Source: Octopus sinensis (lineage: Eukaryota). Taken from it: DNA of 64,000 bases. Shown one piece after another: positions 11,771 to 24,926 of the stretch; positions within the stretch are counted from its first letter, which is position 1, and every line of letters begins with the position of its first letter. The DNA lies in the NCBI RefSeq assembly GCF_006345805.1, contig NW_021832226.1:1-64000 (forward strand), read 5' to 3'. The notes below the pieces were generated by a model. That model was given only the letters and a program-made list of their open reading frames with translations. It was not told the origin of the DNA and made no database searches. A program made the position numbers and the translations under genes.

Positions 11771-12499
11771 AATAAAGTATGTCGCGAGCGCAGCGCGCGA
11801 CCGAGCGCTAGACGCGACTTTGACACCTAACAAGCCTATCATCAACAAATATATTTATTAAATTATTTAAAATTTTAACATGATTTAAAATTAAAATTGA
11901 AATAACTTAAGTTTTCCATTGAATCCATAAAATAATTTATAAGTAGACCTTAATAGAAAAAGTAAAATCAATGAATACTGAACGCTAATTTGGTTTAGGT
12001 TGTGAGGGGGGTAATAATTTGACAGATCTCATTGCTATTTTTTCGTTTTAATCTCACATTTGCAACAAAAAAGCTCAAATTCCTGACAGGTTTCTTCTTT
12101 CTCAGCTTTTTAAGTTAAGGTGGTGAGGTGGATCTTGATTGCTATGTCTGGAAAATACAAGAACTATTGTACTCACATATAAAATCACTTTTAAATAAAT
12201 TTTAGTAAAAACTAAGAAAAAATTCATTTTTAATAGGATTGGTAGCAAAATAAGAATAAATTAAACAAATCGGCGAGCAATAGACATTATTTTGGCGTAT
12301 TGGGGTCCCATTTGGCCTGCTTCCCAAGGTCACTGTTTTCCACCACTCGCATTTTGGTTATATTTCGGAGGCGGAGAGGTTCTATTTTGATTAGTCACTG
12401 AATATTAACCCTATAAATCTTTGAGGTTGTACAAAATGACCCCACATGAGTGATGTGAATAAATTAATTAATAATTATTTAATCACTTCCACTTCCTCT

Positions 12500-12750
12500 G
12501 GCTAAAGTGACCATCCCCTCTAGGGGTGAAGCAGCCTCTCTCATACGAATGGGGTTGAAAATTGGTTTCCGCGAAATTTTCTGTAGTTGGTACAAGCAAC
12601 CAGACACGCAATGTTTCCGCTGCCAGCGTTTCGGACATATCTCACGGTTCTGTAAAGAAAAAGTGAGATGTCTCATTTGTGAGGGCCCACATACCCGTTC
12701 GGAATGTCCTCTGATCATCATTCTCAACTTCATAGTTGTCGCCATTCTGT
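12500..12750 (+). mobile_element. I/Jockey-group LINE ORF1 (gag-like) fragment
   Basis: CFRCQRFGHISRFC and CLICEGPHTRSEC CCHC knuckles; related to ORF 18148-19104. Confidence 0.8.
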
Positions 12751-12976
12751 TTCACAACTTTTGTCGCATGATAAAATTGCAACTTTATCCCAAAAGCTAA
12801 CCTAACTTCAACCTTATCCCTAACCCTAACCACAACCTTATCCCTAACCCTAACCACAACCTTATCCCTATCCCTAACCTTATCCCTATCCCTAACCTTA
12901 TCCCTATCCCTAACCTTATCCCTAACCACAACCTTATCCCTATCCCTAACCTTATCCCTAACCCCAACCTTATCAC

Positions 12977-14854
12977 TAGGGCAATTTTTTGCCTAAAATG
13001 CCTTTTTGCACCAAAAGGTCTATTTATTTAAATAATTAATTTAAGCTATAATTTAATTAAAATAGATTTATCTACAACGAGTTATAAATGCCTTAAATGC
13101 TTAAAAAATTGTTAAGGTCCTAAAAAATTTTTTTAAGGTCCTAAAAATTTTTTTAAGGTCTTAAAAATTTTTAAAATAAATTATTTTTAAATGTTACAAA
13201 AAATATTTTAAAAATAACAAATTAGGCACGCTATAAATTACTTTTTTGTGTTCAAATGCCACGTGTACGTTCTACAATAAAGTCTAAAGCTCTAAAAGCC
13301 TATGAAACTTACGTAAAAGAATTCACAGTGATTAAAGGCAGTCTATATTGTAAAATATGTATGATCTACGTCAATGCATCAAAAAAATATTATATTGATC
13401 AGCATAGACAATCTACAAAACATCTAAAGCTTTTGAGTAATTTAAAATTATTTTTTTTAGATAACAATGAAGGATTCCAACAATCCTTAGATTCCCTATT
13501 CAACGGTCAAACCGAAACGGAAGACTTTCAGAGTATGCCGATGGAAGTTGCCAAAGCCTTTTCTGAAGCAAACATTCCTCTTCATAAGCTCAATAATCCA
13601 AGCTTAAAGGGATTGTTTGAAAAATTGAATATTTCGCTTCCTTCCCAGTCAGCCTGTCGCAATTGTATTCCTGCAATCAGTGAACAAAAATTATCCAAGT
13701 ATAAAAGTGATCTAAGGTTAACAAATGATTAATTTTTAGATCTCAAAAGATTTTTATGGTTGTTGACGAGGGTGACGTAAATGGACAGAAGTTTGTAGTT
13801 GTTCTCATTGGGAATATCGCTTATCCAGAGAAGACCTATTTAATTTCGTGTGAACCTTTATATGAATCTGTAACTGCTAACACAATTCTTCAGATTATCG
13901 ATGAAGAGATTAAAAAATTCGAGATTATACGCAATAATTTTCTTCTTTTTCTTTCTGATGCAGCCCCGTATATGATTTTGGGTAGTTTGTTGAATTATTT
14001 TTAGCCGGAAAAACATTGAAAATGCTTTATCCTAGGATGTTCCATGTAACATGTGTTGCACATTTGTTACATAATTGCTGTCTCAGAGTAAAGGCGTATT
14101 ATTCGGACGTTGATAATCTTATTGCGACTATAAAGACATCAATAGTGAAAAACAAAACTAGAAAAAAAATGTTTTCTACAATTGGTTATCCGCCCGACGT
14201 CATCATAACTAGATGGGGTAGTTGGCTGCAAGCAGCATACTATTATGCAAATAATTTTGTATCAATTGCTGAAATTGTGGAGAATTTCAAAGACGACGGA
14301 ATATTAGTTAAAAAAGTAAAACAAGCAATTGAATCGCCAACCTTAAGAAAAAGTCTAATGGAAATAAATGAAAATATCAGATACTTAATCAAATATTGAA
14401 AAAAATGGAATCCACAAGTTATACAATAAATGATGCACATTCAGATCTTTGTTTGTTAAAATTTCCGTCTGATAATGCAGAAATAAATGAATACATACAA
14501 AAAAGATTACACAAAAATGACATAGAATCAATTATAGAAATGGAGAAAAGTAATATCTCCCCTGAAGAATATGGACTAATAAGAAAATGTCAGTGTACAT
14601 CATCAACCGTTGAAAGAGCATTTTCTATGCTTAAAAAATTAATTACTAAAGATAGAGGTTTCAATGCGGAAAATGTCAAAAATTATTTAATACCTTACTA
14701 TAACAAATAATTTTTTACGACTTTTGATTTAATACCTTATTAAAATGTGCCTAAAAATGTAGAATAAAGTCCTAAAAATTAAAAATAAAGTCCTAAAATG
14801 CCTATTTTTAAGGTCCTAAAAATAAATTTTAAGTGCCTGAAAAAAATTGCCCTA
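12977..14854 (+). mobile_element. hAT DNA transposon, full length (1878 bp)
   Basis: TIRs TAGGGCAATTTTTT / AAAAAATTGCCCTA; 8-bp TSD CTTATCAC at 12969-12976 and 14855-14862; subterminal GGTCCTAAAAA repeats. Confidence 0.92.
13256..14710 (+). CDS. hAT transposase with BED-like Zn finger, spliced
   Basis: CKIC...HRQSTKH, VVDE, LSDAAPYM, CVAH, TRWGSW, VERAFS. Introns 13717-13739 and 13982-14004 (23 nt each, needed for frame), probable 13437-13460 (24 nt). One 1-bp slip near 14372. Confidence 0.8.
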
Positions 14855-15289
14855 CTTATCACTAACCTAACCTTTTCCCTATCCCTAACCTATCCCTAAC
14901 CCTAACAAAAAAAAAATCATTATTTTTGAAAGCCGACGATAGCGGACTCTTTTCGATCGATCTATGTCTTCCGTGAATTCTCCGAATCGTTGATAATTTT
15001 TGATTAAATCAGTTTCAGCATTCCAGAGGGTAACCTTCATGCCCACACAAAAATAGTAATTAAATAGTATTTTATAATTTTTAAAAATAAATATCTATAT
15101 AATAAAAAATAATAAATTAGTTTTAAAATTGCATTCTATGTTGTTTTATGCTAAAAGACTCTAGATTGGAAAAAAATAGTTGATAATTTGGAAAAAAATT
15201 TAAAAATCGGTTTAGCAAATAAAAATAAACCACCAAGTAAATTTTTATGAAAAAAATTGCACACCTACGGCATAGGCACACCACTGGAC

Positions 15290-16050
15290 CGTGACATATT
15301 TCATTCCAAACCTACAAATCCACAATCCCCTGATTATAGAACAAGAATTACGTAAATTTATATTTTTAGAGATAAAAATCACAACTTCTGGATAAAGGCT
15401 GGAGAGATATATTCAACAAAACCTTTCCATATACGGAGAATTAATAGAAAACATTCTTCTCAACTCTTCTCACTGTTTTGTCATTGGTGATCTTGATGCG
15501 AAAAAACATTTTTGGGCTGCAAATCGACAAATAAAAAGTACCAATGACTCCATAACACAGTCACCATCAGATAATCACTGTCGCATCGCGATCCATGAGA
15601 TAATCTGGGTCGTAAGTTCGGTAGGATATGACAAAATTCTCATGAAAATGTTCAAGAGGGAGGTTTCGATCATGGCTCTTTTCATAAAGTTTCCGGTTAA
15701 GCCACTTTACGGACGCTTGGAAGATCTCAGAAGTTCAAATGATTAAAAAATTCTCAAAACCTATGAATCTACTCATAAGCTTCCATGCGATCAGCTTTTT
15801 CCTCAAAATTTCGAGAAACCCTGCCTAACTAGAAAAAACTGGGACTATCTATTCAATCTAATACAACTCGTCAATCACAATTGACATCGCTAGTAAGAAA
15901 AACGAAATGAGCAGATAGACAAACGCAAACTGCCCTGGTTGACTCACATATGAAGAAAGTTACCGGCAACTCTGAGCACCCATATTTAGAAGAGCAGGTG
16001 TAATGCCTGGCTATTGTCTAATAACCTATCAAACTCTATTAATACAAAAA
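15290..16050 (+). mobile_element. Highly degenerate LINE ORF2 remnant (APE and RT start)
   Basis: IGDLDAK (APE) near 15485 and DAWKISEVQMIKK (RT) near 15715; many stops. Confidence 0.55.
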
Positions 16051-16473
16051 GTAGTGAATATTAAAATTTTTGAGAACAAGCAGGATAGAGGGGATTAAGA
16101 AAATGTTATTAATATCCATTGTATGCATAAATAAAACAATACATTTTTAGATTAATCAACCAATAAAGCCATTGTACAGTATCTTAAAGGTTGAAGCTTT
16201 AAAATTAAAATTTTTCCTATCCTAATTAGTACTTACTAACTGAATCAAGCTAGCAATCGAATTCTTTCAATATTGATTCGAGAATTTTTTTTGATTGTAA
16301 TAAAAAAATTAACCATTATATATACAAATCATGAACCTTAAATTTGAAAGAAAGAATTTTTACACGACAAATATTACACATCCAATAGGGTATAAATATA
16401 AAGTTGTCTACTTTTAAATTAATTTTACACTAAGAAAACTAAACATTTCCAAATAAAAAGTTTGTAGGAAAAT

Positions 16474-17532
16474 TTAATGTAGCTGACCACATTCAGCAAC
16501 GGTAATCTTTTTTTTAGGCCTCCCGCTTTTAGTTCCCAATGACTATCAAATATAAAACACTCCATACAGCTATTTTATACAAAATATTCATCCCCCCTAC
16601 GACATTCCCAAACACTACATTCTTCCCATCCAACCACTGTGTATTCGCAAAAGTTATGAAGAAATTGGAAGAATTCGAATCCTTTCCCGAATTAGCCATC
16701 GACAATGTCCCAGGAGCGCTATGCTTCAATTCAAAATTCTCGTCGTTGAATTTCCTTCCATAAATCGACTTTCCAAAACTCCCATCGTTGTTAACAATAT
16801 CTCCAGCCTGACACATAAAGTCGGGTATAATTCTGTAAATGACCATCCCCCTGAATCCAAATCCTTTCTCATGAGTACATAAACATCGAAAATTCTCTAC
16901 CATAATAAATACCCATCAATCATACCACAAGTAAGAGGTACTATATCTGTCCTCAACTCCATAATGATTCTACCAGACCTAACACCACCAATGGCTATTT
17001 CAAAGAACACTTGAGGATATCGACTCTGAGAGTACATAGGGACCGTCTCCACAGTCTATGGATAACTTTTAAATATAACTTTAAGCTCTTTTTGTTCATC
17101 CCTCTCTTCTTCCTCATTTTCCGGAGGAGGTGCCTCGGCGTACTTCTCAAACCATGTTTCATCCGTCCAAACTATATTAATAATAAATATATATAACCTG
17201 GTCGACTTGTTATTTCCCCTCGCTTCCCTGGATTACTGTAGTGGACCTTGAGAGTTCTCCCATATAGTTCTGAATCATTCATATTATCTACAGCGGAAGC
17301 GGCGTCTTCATTGCATTCAAATTCAACAAATGCAAATCCTCTATTTTTTTCTGATGGTGAAGACATGATATATTACGGGTTTTAAAGTCTAATGGGATTT
17401 GGACATCCAGAACATCTCCAAACGGAAGGAAAATTGATTCCACTAGTTTTTCGTCTGCTTCTTCTGGAATTCCTCCTATTGATATTATTCAGTGATTTTT
17501 AAACCGACAAATAACTGTTTTTTTACATTCAT
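16474..17532 (-). CDS. PPIE: Peptidyl-prolyl cis-trans isomerase E (cyclophilin 33; RRM plus cyclophilin)
   Basis: RRM ([15 protein letters not shown]) followed by VFFEIAIGG...[14 protein letters not shown]...[12 protein letters not shown]...LSMANSG; several 23-30-nt introns. Confidence 0.92.
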
Positions 17533-18129
17533 TTTGAAATCAACGTGTACCAACTTAATAGATATTTAAATAAATATTTTACAAATCAATTAATTATTGT
17601 ATATTTAAGATTATTAATTTAACTTTTATAAACCTGGTAGCTATTAAACATTTTAAAGGATTAGCTGGGTATTTTCATAAATTCCATAGACTGATTTTGA
17701 AATATTTAAATCGGTCCAAATTCAAAATAAAAGAAAAAAATCAGTAATGAGCTAAAAACATCATTTTCACAAATTTTTGCAACTGGTTCTTGAGTATTAT
17801 CAGTTATCAATTATCTTAGCTTTCAAGTTTTGTATCTCAGGGACCAATCAGTATTTTTCTTAGAGATTTTACCAAAATTTATCTTCAAAAATATTTTAAA
17901 AAAAGCGGTTATTTGAGATTATGGCTGGTGGGGCATTTATCTCGACTTTTCTGACTTTGTATCTCTTTCGGGATCCAACGGCCTATAGAAACACAAAATT
18001 GTAGTTCTAATGCATATTGTTCATGTTTTAAAATCCAAGATAATGGAATAAAACTGAAAATGAAATCTTTACACTAATAGAAATAAAATAAATAGCACTA
18101 GATTTTATCACAATTTAACACTGATTTTA

Positions 18130-19800
18130 CCAGACGAGTAGACTTTTGTGGATCTGACAGTCACCCTCGGAGAACTGATTTCGGATCAGGTTTTCAGGCT
18201 GCTTAGGCAGGACCCGATCATGAACGCGGGCCATCCAGGAGCGAGGATTTCTCGACGGCATACTGGCGATTTTATTCTGCAGTTTAAGAATTTGGACGAC
18301 CTTGAAGAGTTCAAACAATCTTTGGAGGTTAGTAGTCCCTTTGGACAAGGTGGACATGAGGGGGCGGAAGTTAAGCTTCCTCCTTCCTCTATTATTCTAA
18401 AAAATGTTCCGACATGGATAGAGATGGATGAATTAAGAGATTTTCTCAAAACAAAATTTCTTGTCCTAACAAGCAGGGGAGAGGCAGAATCCATAATCAG
18501 ATTGGGATTGATTATTGGATTTTTAAAGATAAAGGCAGAATGGTTCATAAAACGAGAAATTCAATGTTTTCGTTGTCAGCAGTTTGGACACATTGCTCGG
18601 TTTTGCAAGAACTTGGAAAAATCGGAATGTAAAGAACCATGTGATTTGAGAAAATGTGTTAATTGTGGATCGACTACACATCTGGCAAATTATGGAGGCT
18701 GTCCGAAAGCATTAGAAGCTCGTCGTGAGAAGATGAAGAAATTTGTGAAGAAGCCAAGAATCTCACATAAAGAAGATAAAGAACCTGCCAGATTAGGAAA
18801 TAATAATATTCCAAAGAAAGCTAAACTTGATTTTCTAAATGGACGGACTAGTTGGAATACTGCAGCGGTCGAAAAGAAGGCAGAAAATGCTACTACGCAG
18901 ACAGAAGAACCTGCAGAAGAGGACAAAAATAAAATCTCAGCACAGATGATAAGTACGAAATGTCAGCTAGATTACTCACAAAATTTGGAGAAATTAGAAA
19001 AAAGCATTATAGAAGTAACGAAAACAAAAAAGGATACGAAGCTTTTACTGGATTTGGTGGCGATTCTAAGAAAAGGGATCAGCCACCAAAAAAATCAGAA
19101 GTAATCAGGATAACCCTGATCAATGCCCGCTCTCTTAGAAAGCGGGCCTCAGAGCTGACTGCATTGGTCAGCACAGTGTGTATGGATGTTTTGATAGTAA
19201 ATGAGACAAAGATCAAGAAGGGTAGTTCCTTTAAACTCAATGGATTTTCATCAATTGATATTCCATGGAAGGATGGTTCTATTTCTGGAACTGGAACTTC
19301 AATTTATTATAGAACTAATTTGAAGACAAAGAGGGCTAGAATTATTGAAGAAGATGTATGTGAACTAGTCAGCGTTCAAATACAAACAAATATTGGATGG
19401 ATAACAATTGGAGGTATTTATTCGAAGAAATTACGTAAATACCCATGGATTATTGATGAATTCTTTAACAAAAACGTGAATCCGATTTTAGTTGGGGATT
19501 TGAACTCGAAGCATGTTGATTACGGGTGTGTTACAACAAATCAAGATGGAAAATGTCTTGTAAAGTGGATGAAATCAGGAGAACTGAAAATATTGACGTC
19601 GGCAGAAATAAATCACTATGCAACTTATAGTGGTGATAGACTTGGACTGTTCATAATGCCTCAAAAGATGAGTGAAATGTGCAATCCTCCATATATTGAC
19701 AAAATCGAAGATGCTTATGACGCTAAAGTCAGAAAGATAGAAGATTTGTTACGTCACTTATGGAAATTATGATGTAATTCTTTAGGGTATATGCGAAGAA
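18130..19800 (+). mobile_element. I/Jockey-group LINE: ORF1 (gag, CCHC) plus APE part of ORF2, 3'-truncated
   Basis: ORF 18148-19104 with CFRCQQFGH and CVNCGSTTH; ORF 18960-19772 with INARSL, NETK and GDLNSKH APE motifs. Confidence 0.88.
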
Positions 19801-19942
19801 GAGACATGTGGTGTCTCATAAAATGACCCTATACAATGAAATCAAACCCACTTTAATTAGTTTCTTGTTCTGCTCTTGGCTTTCTTCCTAACTTTAATTT
19901 ATGGGTTTGTTGGGAAATAAAACTTTCTTGTCTTGTCTTGAC

Positions 19943-21327
19943 CAGGGGTTCTCAACCTTTTTAGCTCAAGGGCCAAATCGATAATTAAGATTAGCTTCGC
20001 GGGCCGCACAAAAAATATTTTATATATTTTTATATTTTCCAAGCCGGTAACTCGCTTGCAATCCGAAGTGCAGCCACTGCTGATGGTAATGAGTTTTTGG
20101 ACTCTGTTTTTTCTTTTTTTAATTTCCATTTCCTTTATAAAGAATTACAAGCTAAAAAATCTAAAAAAAGGCGTTGTAACTAAAAAGAAAGTATTATTTG
20201 TTATTAAGTTTTTGAAATCCGGAATAAGTAAAGTCGAAGAAGTTCGTAAAAGCTGACTCGAGTGATTATCCGTGAGATTGTTACGATATTTATTTTTTAT
20301 GCGAATCATTTTCCTAAATATTGATTCGCATAAAAAGTAGATCCAAACATTGATATATTCATATATGCATTGTGTGTTATATTTTTGAATTGTCTTGAGG
20401 AATTAATTCGTAAAAATTAATAATGGACGCTTTTTTGAACAATGCCGCCAGTTCTATATCATGTTGTAAATTAATGAGTTCTAGTTGAAACTTTGCAGGC
20501 GCATCCTTAATTTCCACGCTGAATGGAGTTGCGAATATTTTCATTAAAGGAAGGAATTTTTTAAAATTCTAAAAATTAAATTTATATAAATGTACCCCAA
20601 AACGTGCTTCAAATTGATTAATTAAATCACCAATTATGGATATGTATTTTTCATAAGCAGCGCCTTCGTTGTTTTCAGATAGTGAATAAAAATGAGATGT
20701 ATCTCCCTCTTTAAGGGAAGTCATCCATAAATATAATTTTTCGATAAACAAGAAATATATCCATATACCTGATAACAGAGTTTGCCTTTTCCTTGTAATT
20801 CAACATTGAGATCCGACAAATGCGTGGTTAAATCAACATAAAAAGCCAAATCGGCAATCCATCTTTCATCGTAAAGTTCATCGAAAATTACTCTGTCTTT
20901 GGTAAACTCCTTAATTTCTGGAAGCATTTATAGAACCTTTAATAAAATATTAAGGCATTTCGAACGACTTAACCACCTCACTTCAGTATGAAAAATAACA
21001 TCTCCATACTCAGCATCAACTTCTTCCAAAAAAGATTTAAAATATCGGTGATTGAGCGCTTTTGAGCGTATCCAATAAACGATATTAACGACTTTTTTGG
21101 AAACATGTTCCATTTTAATGGACTTGGCGATAAGATTTTCTGGTGAATTATGCAGTGATGCCATATTAATTGATCGAAACTATTTTCGGTTATATCTTTG
21201 GAACAATCAATAAATAATTAAATTTTAACATTATTAAAAAATTAAAAAAGTTAGTTACTCTAGAGGGGCCGCAAAAAAATCCTGCGGGCCGCATGCGGCC
21301 CCGGGGGGCCGCATTTGAGAACCGCTG
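19943..21327 (-). mobile_element. hAT (Buster/SPIN, GTF2IRD2-like) internally deleted transposon
   Basis: TIRs CAGGGGTTCTCAA / TTGAGAACCGCTG; 8-bp TSD GTCTTGAC at 19935-19942 and 21328-21335; FHTEVRWLSR, LAFYVDLTTHL, FQLELINLQ; 27-nt intron at 20569-20595. Confidence 0.9.
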
Positions 21328-21790
21328 GTCTTGACCCTCGAACTTGGCGTTTACTATTGGCAGGTACAGAAATAAGTAATCAAAAAGTCTTTTGAAATAG
21401 TTTTTCAGTAAAGACAGACCAAAATGCAAACCAAAGTGATAAATGCCGCTAATAGCGACTTTAGCCTAGAAAGTTTATTTTCTAACAATCCTTAAGAGTT
21501 ACTTGTGTTTCCTGGTAATCCCGGATTCGTGGCAAAGTTATGATATAAAAAAACTAGAGAGGGACTTCAACAGTTTAAATAATAAAAAGAAGGCTAAACA
21601 CTAAAAATTTTGATGCCCACCGATTTTTTTAGAGGTGGCCATATCTTTGAAATCCTTAGATTGGAAAAAAGTGACGAATCGGTTTCAGTGAAATTCAGAT
21701 AAATTATGCCTAAATATTTATAAATAGTCTGTTAAATAATGATTTATTTTAATATTTTTTATTCAATCTAATTTAAATTTTTTCATTGTG

Positions 21791-22956
21791 ATGTCTAATG
21801 ACCCTCCTGCAATAATATACGGACTAGAAAAAAAGGTAAATTATAATTTTTAATATTTTAAAGGCCAGAGCTCTAGCGGCTGATCAGGTCGATACTGACA
21901 ATATACGCTTTATCGTCGGCACTCAATCTGTTAACTCTAAAAATGAGGTATTTAAGCAAATAAATACGTAGATTCATATAATAACTCTTAATGAGAGATG
22001 TGATACTGTCGCTGGCCAGGCAATTACTTTTGAGAACGGGGAAATTTGGCATTTGGCATCTTCACCAAATGAAAGTATTTCTATTACATACAGAGAAGGT
22101 TTTATTATATTTTATTATACCAGGTTTTTCTGAAAACTACCATTCTTCTCTTTACTCACTTTATGAGGAATCTGGCAAATTTGGACTTTCTTTACAGACT
22201 GACATTTTTAAATCAGAAAACAGAATTATAAGTAGCCACTGGGACCCTTCGTACGAACAATTGCTGTGTTTGACCAATAACCAGATAAATATATTTGATA
22301 TATCATCAAAATCCCTTAAAAACGTCAAAAGTGGAGACTTTTCTTCTGCGACGTGGATACAAACAAATTCCGTCGTCGTCGCTGGGGATTTGTTTTTAGG
22401 AGGAATTGATTTGCGTTCTCCGAAAACTTACGACTGGCATGCAAACGAAACAGTTGAAATATGTCAATATTTATAGGCTAAAATATTATGTGTTGAATCC
22501 AATCCAAATCGAGAGGAAATGGTATTGAGTTGTGGAGATGACTGTCGACTCCACATATGGGACATTCGTAATCTTTTCAAGCCAGTTATAGATCTGAAGC
22601 AGCACTCCCATTGGTTATTTGCTATTGGTGAGTTTAGGGTATGGATGGCACAGTTTAATAAGTTCCGTGACCAGCTGGTGATTTCTGCCAGTTCTGACGG
22701 GCTTGTAATCCTTAATAATTTAGTATCAATCTCATCTGATGCTGCGAATGAGGATCATCAGTTAAGTGAATTGAAGGCGATATAGAGTAGGGACATGGGC
22801 GGAGACCGTCTTCTTGTCACTTATCAGGAACACGAAGACAGTGTATATTGTGTCCAATGGTCTTGTGCTGATCCTTGGATGTTTGCTTCTTTAAGTTATG
22901 ATGGTCGAGTAGCTATAAATCGAATATCTGATGTTATAAAATTGGAGCTCATTTAA
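21791..22956 (+). CDS. EIPR1: EARP/GARP-interacting WD40 protein (TSSC1)
   Basis: [21 protein letters not shown]...IRFIVGTQS; WDPSYE; [14 protein letters not shown]; HSHW; HEDSVY...WS...FASLSYDGR; multiple mini-introns. Confidence 0.9.
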
Positions 22957-23319
22957 GAATATTAAATTTTTATAAATTCTCAATTCATAAAGTTTTTTAA
23001 TATTAACTTATATCTTTTCTATTTGCTGCAATTTTAAGCTAATTAATGAAGGCTGATAAGATCTTTATTGGTTGATTAATTTTTATAAATCATTGCAAAG
23101 CCTTCGAGAATCTGTCGGTGAGAAAGTCCTATGTGACCTTAAAAGCAATGGCTTTTGATATGGATTATGTGGAGGAGGACTTTGAGGATCCGAGTTTTGT
23201 TTTTTACAACATTGGTGGCTAATAATTTGGGATGGAAAGCTTTTGTGTTTCTAATATTATATTTTTTGTTAAAATAAATTTTAATTCAAATTTCAAAGGA
23301 TTACAAAATTTTCCGGGAT

Positions 23320-24926
23320 AAAGAAAGTCCACTAGGTCCCCTTCTCTTTGCCTTGGGAATAAATGGAATAGCTCGGTCGGTTTCTTCCGAACTGAATATT
23401 TGGTATCTGGACGATGCCACTATTGGCGGCTCCCCAGAGACGATTTTAAGAGACGCTTTGTCGTTGGCACCTGCACTTCTGAGGATTGGATTGGAGATTA
23501 ACCCCACCAAATCCGAATTAGTCGGTCTCAACATTCCTGATAAACGCCTTGACGACCTTTCATCGTCCCTCCGCACTGGTCTTGGCCAAGTGCGCGCGAC
23601 TGACGTAAATGATCTCCGGATCCTTGGATCCCCCATCCTGCCGACTGCTATTAAGACTGATCTTCTTACCAAACATTCCACGTTAACTATTTTGCTGGAC
23701 CGCCTCACGTTTTTGGACAGCCACGTCGGCCTGTTTCTTGCGAGAAACTTTTTCGCCCTGCCTAAATTACTCTACTCCCTCAGAAGTGCACCTTGTTACC
23801 TACATGAGGACATTCTCACTGATTTCGGCGACTCCCTTCGTTCGAAGATCGAATCAATATGCAATGTCGAGTTCGACTCTTTGGGGTGGAGTCAAGCTTC
23901 ACTCCCCGTACGCCACGGAATTCGGTGCCCGAATGATGTTGCACTGCCTGCCTACCTGTCGTCACTTTCTTCATGCCAGAAACTCATGGGCACGGTTCTT
24001 CCAACCGATTTTGAACATTACGTGCCCTCTGAGTTATCATCGGCGGTCGTAAAGTGGCACTCGCTAGGACTGGAAATCCCAGAGGATCAGCATAAGCAAT
24101 TTGTTTGGGACGAAGTCCGCCTACAATCCCGAATCCAATCTTTACGTACATCTCTCGACCAACACCGCTTGGCCTGCTTTGAGACGGCATGTCGCCCTTA
24201 CAGCGGAGCCTGGCTAAATGCCACTCCACTGCCGAGCATTGGGAACCTTCTGGACTGCGAGTCCGTACGCACTGGAATCTGTTTACGTCTCGGTCTTCGC
24301 CTATGCGAGCCACATGTCTGCCGCTGTGGCGCGAAAATCTGTCGCTTTGGATTGCACGCTCTATCGTGCAGACGCAGTGCTGGCCGCATCCCGCGTCACG
24401 CCGCTCTTAACGACCTTATCAGGAGAGCCCTGGAAGTCGCCGGAATCCCCTCCCTGCTTGAACCCACTGGGATCGATCGGGAGGACGGAAAAAGGCCTGA
24501 CGGGATCACTGTGTTTCCTTTCAACAGGGGGAAGCCTCTCACCTGGGATGCCACGTGTGTGGACTCTTTCTCGCCTCAGAACCTGCTGATGTCCGCCTCC
24601 GCCCCTGGATCTATTGTCACAACCGCGGAATGCAAAAAGATGCGGAAGTACTCCTCACTTACGGAGAAGTTCCAATTCCTTCCATTCGCGGTTGAGACTT
24701 CCGGTTCCTTGGGCAGTAAGGCAATCAGCTTCGTTCAGGAGATCGGATCCCGCATGTCTGCCATCACAGGCGACGCCCGCGAATCGAGATGGTTTTTTGA
24801 GCAGATATCCCTTGCGATAGTACGCTCTAACTCTTTCTCGATCGCGTCGGCTTCCCGCCCTTGAAGCTTTTAATTAATTAACTTGTAGTTATTGGTTGGT
24901 TTATTGTTTTATTCAAAAAAAAAAAA
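23320..24926 (+). mobile_element. CRE-like RLE non-LTR retrotransposon, 5'-truncated, with poly(A) tail
   Basis: 503-aa ORF with WYLDDATIGG (RT), CRCG...HALSC...RH (Zn knuckle) and KRPDG...WDAT (RLE); A12 at 24915-24926. Confidence 0.9.

Larger units (their letters stand above)
7200..11779 (+). repeat. Segmental duplication, copy A (partner 31269-36220)
   Basis: Near-identical direct repeat; ORF-track peptides recur at an offset of ~24,440 bp. Confidence 0.95.
12800..14903 (+). repeat. Interstitial telomere-like hexamer array (CCCTAA/CCCTAT/CCTTAT/CCACAA) split by a hAT
   Basis: Array at ~12800-12976 resumes at 14855-14903 and is followed by A10. Confidence 0.85.

Noticed and set aside
11515-11826. 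ORF-track protein MSKSRLALGRALRSRH...
   Set aside because: It starts at GTG, crosses the duplication breakpoint into unrelated GC-rich sequence, and a different frame looks more protein-like.
12642-12929. ORF encoding VRDKVRDRDK repeats
   Set aside because: It is the antisense translation of the telomere-like hexamer array, not a gene.
12800-12976. True chromosome end
   Set aside because: The array is short, degenerate and flanked by ordinary sequence on both sides.
23301-24820. Multiple overlapping or antisense ORFs, and higher GC suggesting a foreign (bacterial) island
   Set aside because: These are shadow frames of the GC-richer CRE retrotransposon ORF, which has a poly(A) tail.
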